Below are positions 60,880-64,000 of a stretch of 64,000 bases of DNA, piece after piece (within the stretch, counting starts at the first letter, position 1; each line of letters opens with the position of its first letter). Origin of the DNA: Mobula hypostoma (lineage: Eukaryota); NCBI RefSeq assembly GCF_963921235.1, contig NC_086109.1, positions 930,001-994,000 of the forward strand. Direction: 5' to 3'. A program made the translations under genes and the position numbers. The notes under the pieces are model-generated. The model worked only from the letters and a program-made list of their open reading frames with translations, was not told where the DNA came from and did no database searches.

Positions 60880-63533
60880 CTGACCGGGAGAGAGGCCGCA
60901 TGGAGATCAGCCCGTCCCCATCACCTTCACTGTCCCTCCACTCACAACCCACCCTCCATCCTCACCACCGAACCAGCACCACCCTCTTCTCTCCATTTAC
61001 CAACCCCTCCCTCCCTTCACCACCCCCCTCCCTCTCTGCATCCCGTCACCAATCCAGTAGCCCCCTTCCCTCCATTCACCACCTCCCTCCCTCCCACCCA
61101 CCCACCCACCCACCCATTGCCACAATTTACTTCCCTCCCACCATTCATCCCTTCACAGACCATCCAGAGTACTGGAATCACCCCCTCCCATCCCTTCAGG
61201 AACCCTCTGCTCCTTTAACTTCCTGACCTTCCTATTCCCCCTCCCCTTACATCCTGCAATTGTTGCTCCTCCTTTCGCCCCCCAATCCATTTTGGTCACC
61301 TCCAATTTTCCTCACTCATCTACTCTCTTCACCATTCTCTATTACATCCCCTTTTGATCCTCCCTCCCCTTACCTTTAATCCATCCTACCCCAAGACTCT
61401 ATTCCCCTGCCAGTACCTTACAAAATCACCTCATCCCTTACCCACTTCCCCTCTACCTATAAACTTGCCTTCCCCGGAGCCGTCCCTACACACCTTCTCC
61501 AGTCCCCTGACCCCTCCCTTCCAAACACTCCTCCAAAACCTCTATCCAGCTCCCTCCACTTCCCTCCCCTCCCCTCCCCCCCCCACCTTGCCCATGATCT
61601 CTCCCATGTACCCCTCTTTCCCAGACTTCAGTAAGATCAGGGGGACTGGTCATCCTGGGAATTGGAAAGTCCTCTCCGATCCACCGGCAGAGAGCTCCAG
61701 ACTTAGAACCCTCCCTTCCACCCGCCAGGTTTCATACTCACCTTAGTCCCAGTCCCAGACTTCCCACTGGCCTTTCCACGTTCTGCAGCACTGCAGGGGG
61801 ATCAAAGTAAGCATATCATGGTTATTTGGGATATCATGGCCTTGACGTGGTGCTTTATACACAGAATCACAGATCTCCAGGCAGGGATCTAATCCAGGGG
61901 TCTAGTGGAGACGTTATATATCCAATAACAGATTTCTGGAAGTGGGTTACAGGCTGGAGTCTAATCCAAGAGTTCAGGAGGTCTACGTATACAATAGAGC
62001 CCCAGGAGTGGGTTACTGCTGGCAATTAATCTAGGGCTTCAGGTATTTATATATGGAAATACAGTGGGAGTGAGTTACAAATTGGAATCTAATCCTGGAG
62101 TCTGGGGGTGGGGGGTGTTGTTATATATGGAATAACAGTTCCCCAAGAGAGGATTACAGGTTGAGATCCCATCCACGGGTTTGGTGAGTTTATATAGTAG
62201 ATCCCTGGGAGTGGGTTACAAATTGGGATCTGATGAACTCTTATCTTGCGCTTTCTTTCTCTCACTCACTCTCATTTTTTCATGTTCTCTCACATTCTTC
62301 CGTTTCTGCACTCTTTTCCTCATTTTCTTCATTTCTCTCATTCCTTTCTCATTTCCTCATTCTCTCTCCCTGATTCACTTCATTTCTATCTTACATTCTC
62401 TTTATCTCTCTCATTGTCATACACTCTTGTCTCTCATTCTCTCTTCCACTCTTTGTCTCTCTCCCAGACGCCTCCATGTCTCCATCCCAGTTTCTGTCTC
62501 ATTTTTCTCATTCTATCTCTCTCCTTCATTGTCGGTCTCTCTCATACTCTCAGTCTCTCCACCTCTCCCTCTCATTCTCTCATTCCTTTTGTCTCTCCCT
62601 CATTTACCTGGCTCCTTTGAAGAAGATGGTCTCACTCCTTGCCCGTCTCCGGACAATGTAGCGGAACAGGTATAGTCCTCCAACAATTAGTAGAATGATC
62701 CCAAGGAAGGTGCCGATGATAGCACCCGACACAACTCCTGCACCGATAGGGGGAACTGTGAAGAGCACACAGAGGCAACCTTACACCAAGTGCTTGCAGT
62801 AATGTCGCATCACCAAGATCACCATGATGCCTCTGTACAAATCCCCAGCAACTGTATTTCCACTGTGCGACCCCTCAACCTGCCTCTGTCACCCCAGACT
62901 TGGTACCTTGAATCCCTTTAGCCCTTGCACCAATCCCAGTCTCTGTAACACCCTCCAGCACCTATACTGTCCTCATCGCCCTAACCCTCCTTGACACATA
63001 CACCCCTACCTATCTCATAACCCACTCAGGTCCCAACACCCCTCGCTCTCTCCATGACCGACTCCAGTCTGTAGAGGTCAGTCATCCAGCCGATGGCACT
63101 CGTGCCTCCAGCTCCTGGTGTCCTACTCTCTGGAATTCCCAGAAGTGTTTGTGCATCTCCCCTCTCTCCCTCCTCTCCCAAGGCTGAGCTTGACTTGTGT
63201 AAAGCACACTTTACAACACTTCAGATATTTTGAAGCAGTTGACGCGAATGACATAGTCATGAGGATTGAGCTGACATAGTGTGTTAAATCTCTATACACG
63301 ATGTACGTGGTTGGCTTACTTCTGTCGTAGACTGTCAGATGAACATCTGATGAGGTTCCAATCACATCTGGAGGGTTCTTGACATCACAGGTGTAGGTAC
63401 CATTGTCGATGTAGTCCAGATTTCGGATAACAATTGAACCATCGTGCTTGGATATATCTCCAACCCATTCCACTCTCCCTTTGAATTGGCCCCACTTCTC
63501 AATGTAAGGAACTCCATTGCCATAGTGAAAGAT
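60781..63533 (-). CDS. MPZ: Myelin protein zero (P0), 3' part. Exons: 63533-63320, 62755-62608, 61790-61742, 60879-60781
   Basis: The spliced translation IFHYGNGVPYIEKWGQFKGRVEWVGDISKHDGSIVIRNLDYIDNGTYTCDVKNPPDVIGTSSDVHLTVYDR/IPPIGAGVVSGAIIGTFLGIILLIVGGLYLFRYIVRRRARSETIFFKGA/SAAERGKASGKSGTGTK/GPVLYATLDQSKSGKGASEKKAKTSESKRERK* contains an Ig-V domain half with the NGT sequon and CDVKNPPD motif, a TM helix and a basic tail with VLYATL. It is near-identical to shark P0 as recalled. All introns are GT-AG and phase-consistent. Confidence 0.96.
61742..61790 (-). CDS. MPZ: MPZ exon 5 (49 bp)
   Basis: ccctgcag|TGCTGCAGAACGT...ACTAAG|gtgagt; (S)AAERGKASGKSGTGTK. Confidence 0.92.
62608..62755 (-). CDS. 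MPZ: MPZ exon 4 (148 bp), transmembrane helix
   Basis: ttcacag|TTCCCCCTATC...GGAGCCAG|gtaaat; GAGVVSGAIIGTFLGIILLIVGGLYLFRY. Confidence 0.94.
63320..63533 (-). CDS. MPZ: MPZ exon 3 (214 bp), second half of the Ig-V domain
   Basis: On the minus strand tttacag|ATCTTTCAC...GACAGAA|gtaagc. Confidence 0.96.
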
Positions 63534-63564
63534 CTGTAAAGTGAATGAGAGGGGAAAATATGAT

Positions 63565-64000
63565 CTTACACTGTCCCATCACATATTCCCAGGACATGGG
63601 TTAGATGCACAGTGAAACTCCCTCTACACTGTCCCATCACACACCCCCAGTACATGGGTCAGACACAGAGTGAAGCTCCCTCTACACTGTCCCATCACAC
63701 ACCCCCAGGACACGGGTCAGACACAGAGTGAAGCTCCGTCTACACTGTCCCATCACACACTCCCAGGGCCCGGGTCAGATACAGAGAGAAGCCCCCTCTA
63801 CACTGTCCCATCACACACACTCCCAGGGCCCGGGTCAGACACAGAGTGAATCTCTCTCTACACTGTCCCATCACACACCCCCAGTACACGGGTCAGACAC
63901 AGAGTGAAGCTCCCTCTACACTGTCCCATCACACACTCCCAGGGCCCGGGTCAGACACAGAGTGAAGCTCCCTCTACACTGTCCTGTCACACACTCCCAG
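63565..64000 (+). repeat. Tandem ~59-bp minisatellite in MPZ intron 2, running off the window
   Basis: About seven copies of CAGACACAGAGTGAAGCTCCCTCTACACTGTCCCATCACACACTCCCAGGGCCCGGGT. Confidence 0.93.

Noticed and set aside
62181..62675. Hydrophobic 164-aa plus-strand ORF
   Set aside because: It is a CT-rich tract in an MPZ intron, antisense to the real exon
63123..63319. Continuation of the MPZ exon 3 ORF into the intron (possible secreted isoform)
   Set aside because: There is a strong gtaagc donor at 63319 and a phase-matched exon 4; nothing in the sequence supports intron retention
63565..64000. Regularly spaced repeats superficially like a CRISPR array
   Set aside because: Head-to-tail tandem units with no unique spacers, in a vertebrate intron, with no cas genes

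Overview
Eukaryotic, repeat-dense genomic DNA from a cartilaginous fish, probably an elasmobranch. This is inferred from a P0 protein nearly identical to shark P0, an HE1/V-SINE-like element and abundant CR1 LINEs. Two host genes converge. On the + strand, eight consecutive, phase-consistent GT-AG coding exons of TOMM40L run from 6880 to the stop at 26674; the first coding exon was not found and is presumably upstream of the window. On the - strand, the last four coding exons of myelin protein zero (MPZ/P0) span 63533-60781; exons 1-2 lie beyond the right edge. The remainder is mostly nested CR1 LINEs, plus Rex/Babar LINE pieces, three hAT elements, a Tigger derivative with a long internal palindrome, two LTR remnants, two Penelope-like elements each with a minimal hammerhead ribozyme motif, and several minisatellites. 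The top observation is that the MPZ stop codon sits in a TAG-CGG-TTA-G context followed by 52 in-frame sense codons resembling the mammalian L-MPZ readthrough extension (RLAxRxG...VxMxIE). This suggests programmed stop-codon readthrough of P0 may date back to the jawed-vertebrate ancestor. Comparisons with human and shark proteins are from memory and need alignment checks. Repeat boundaries without a stated TSD are approximate.
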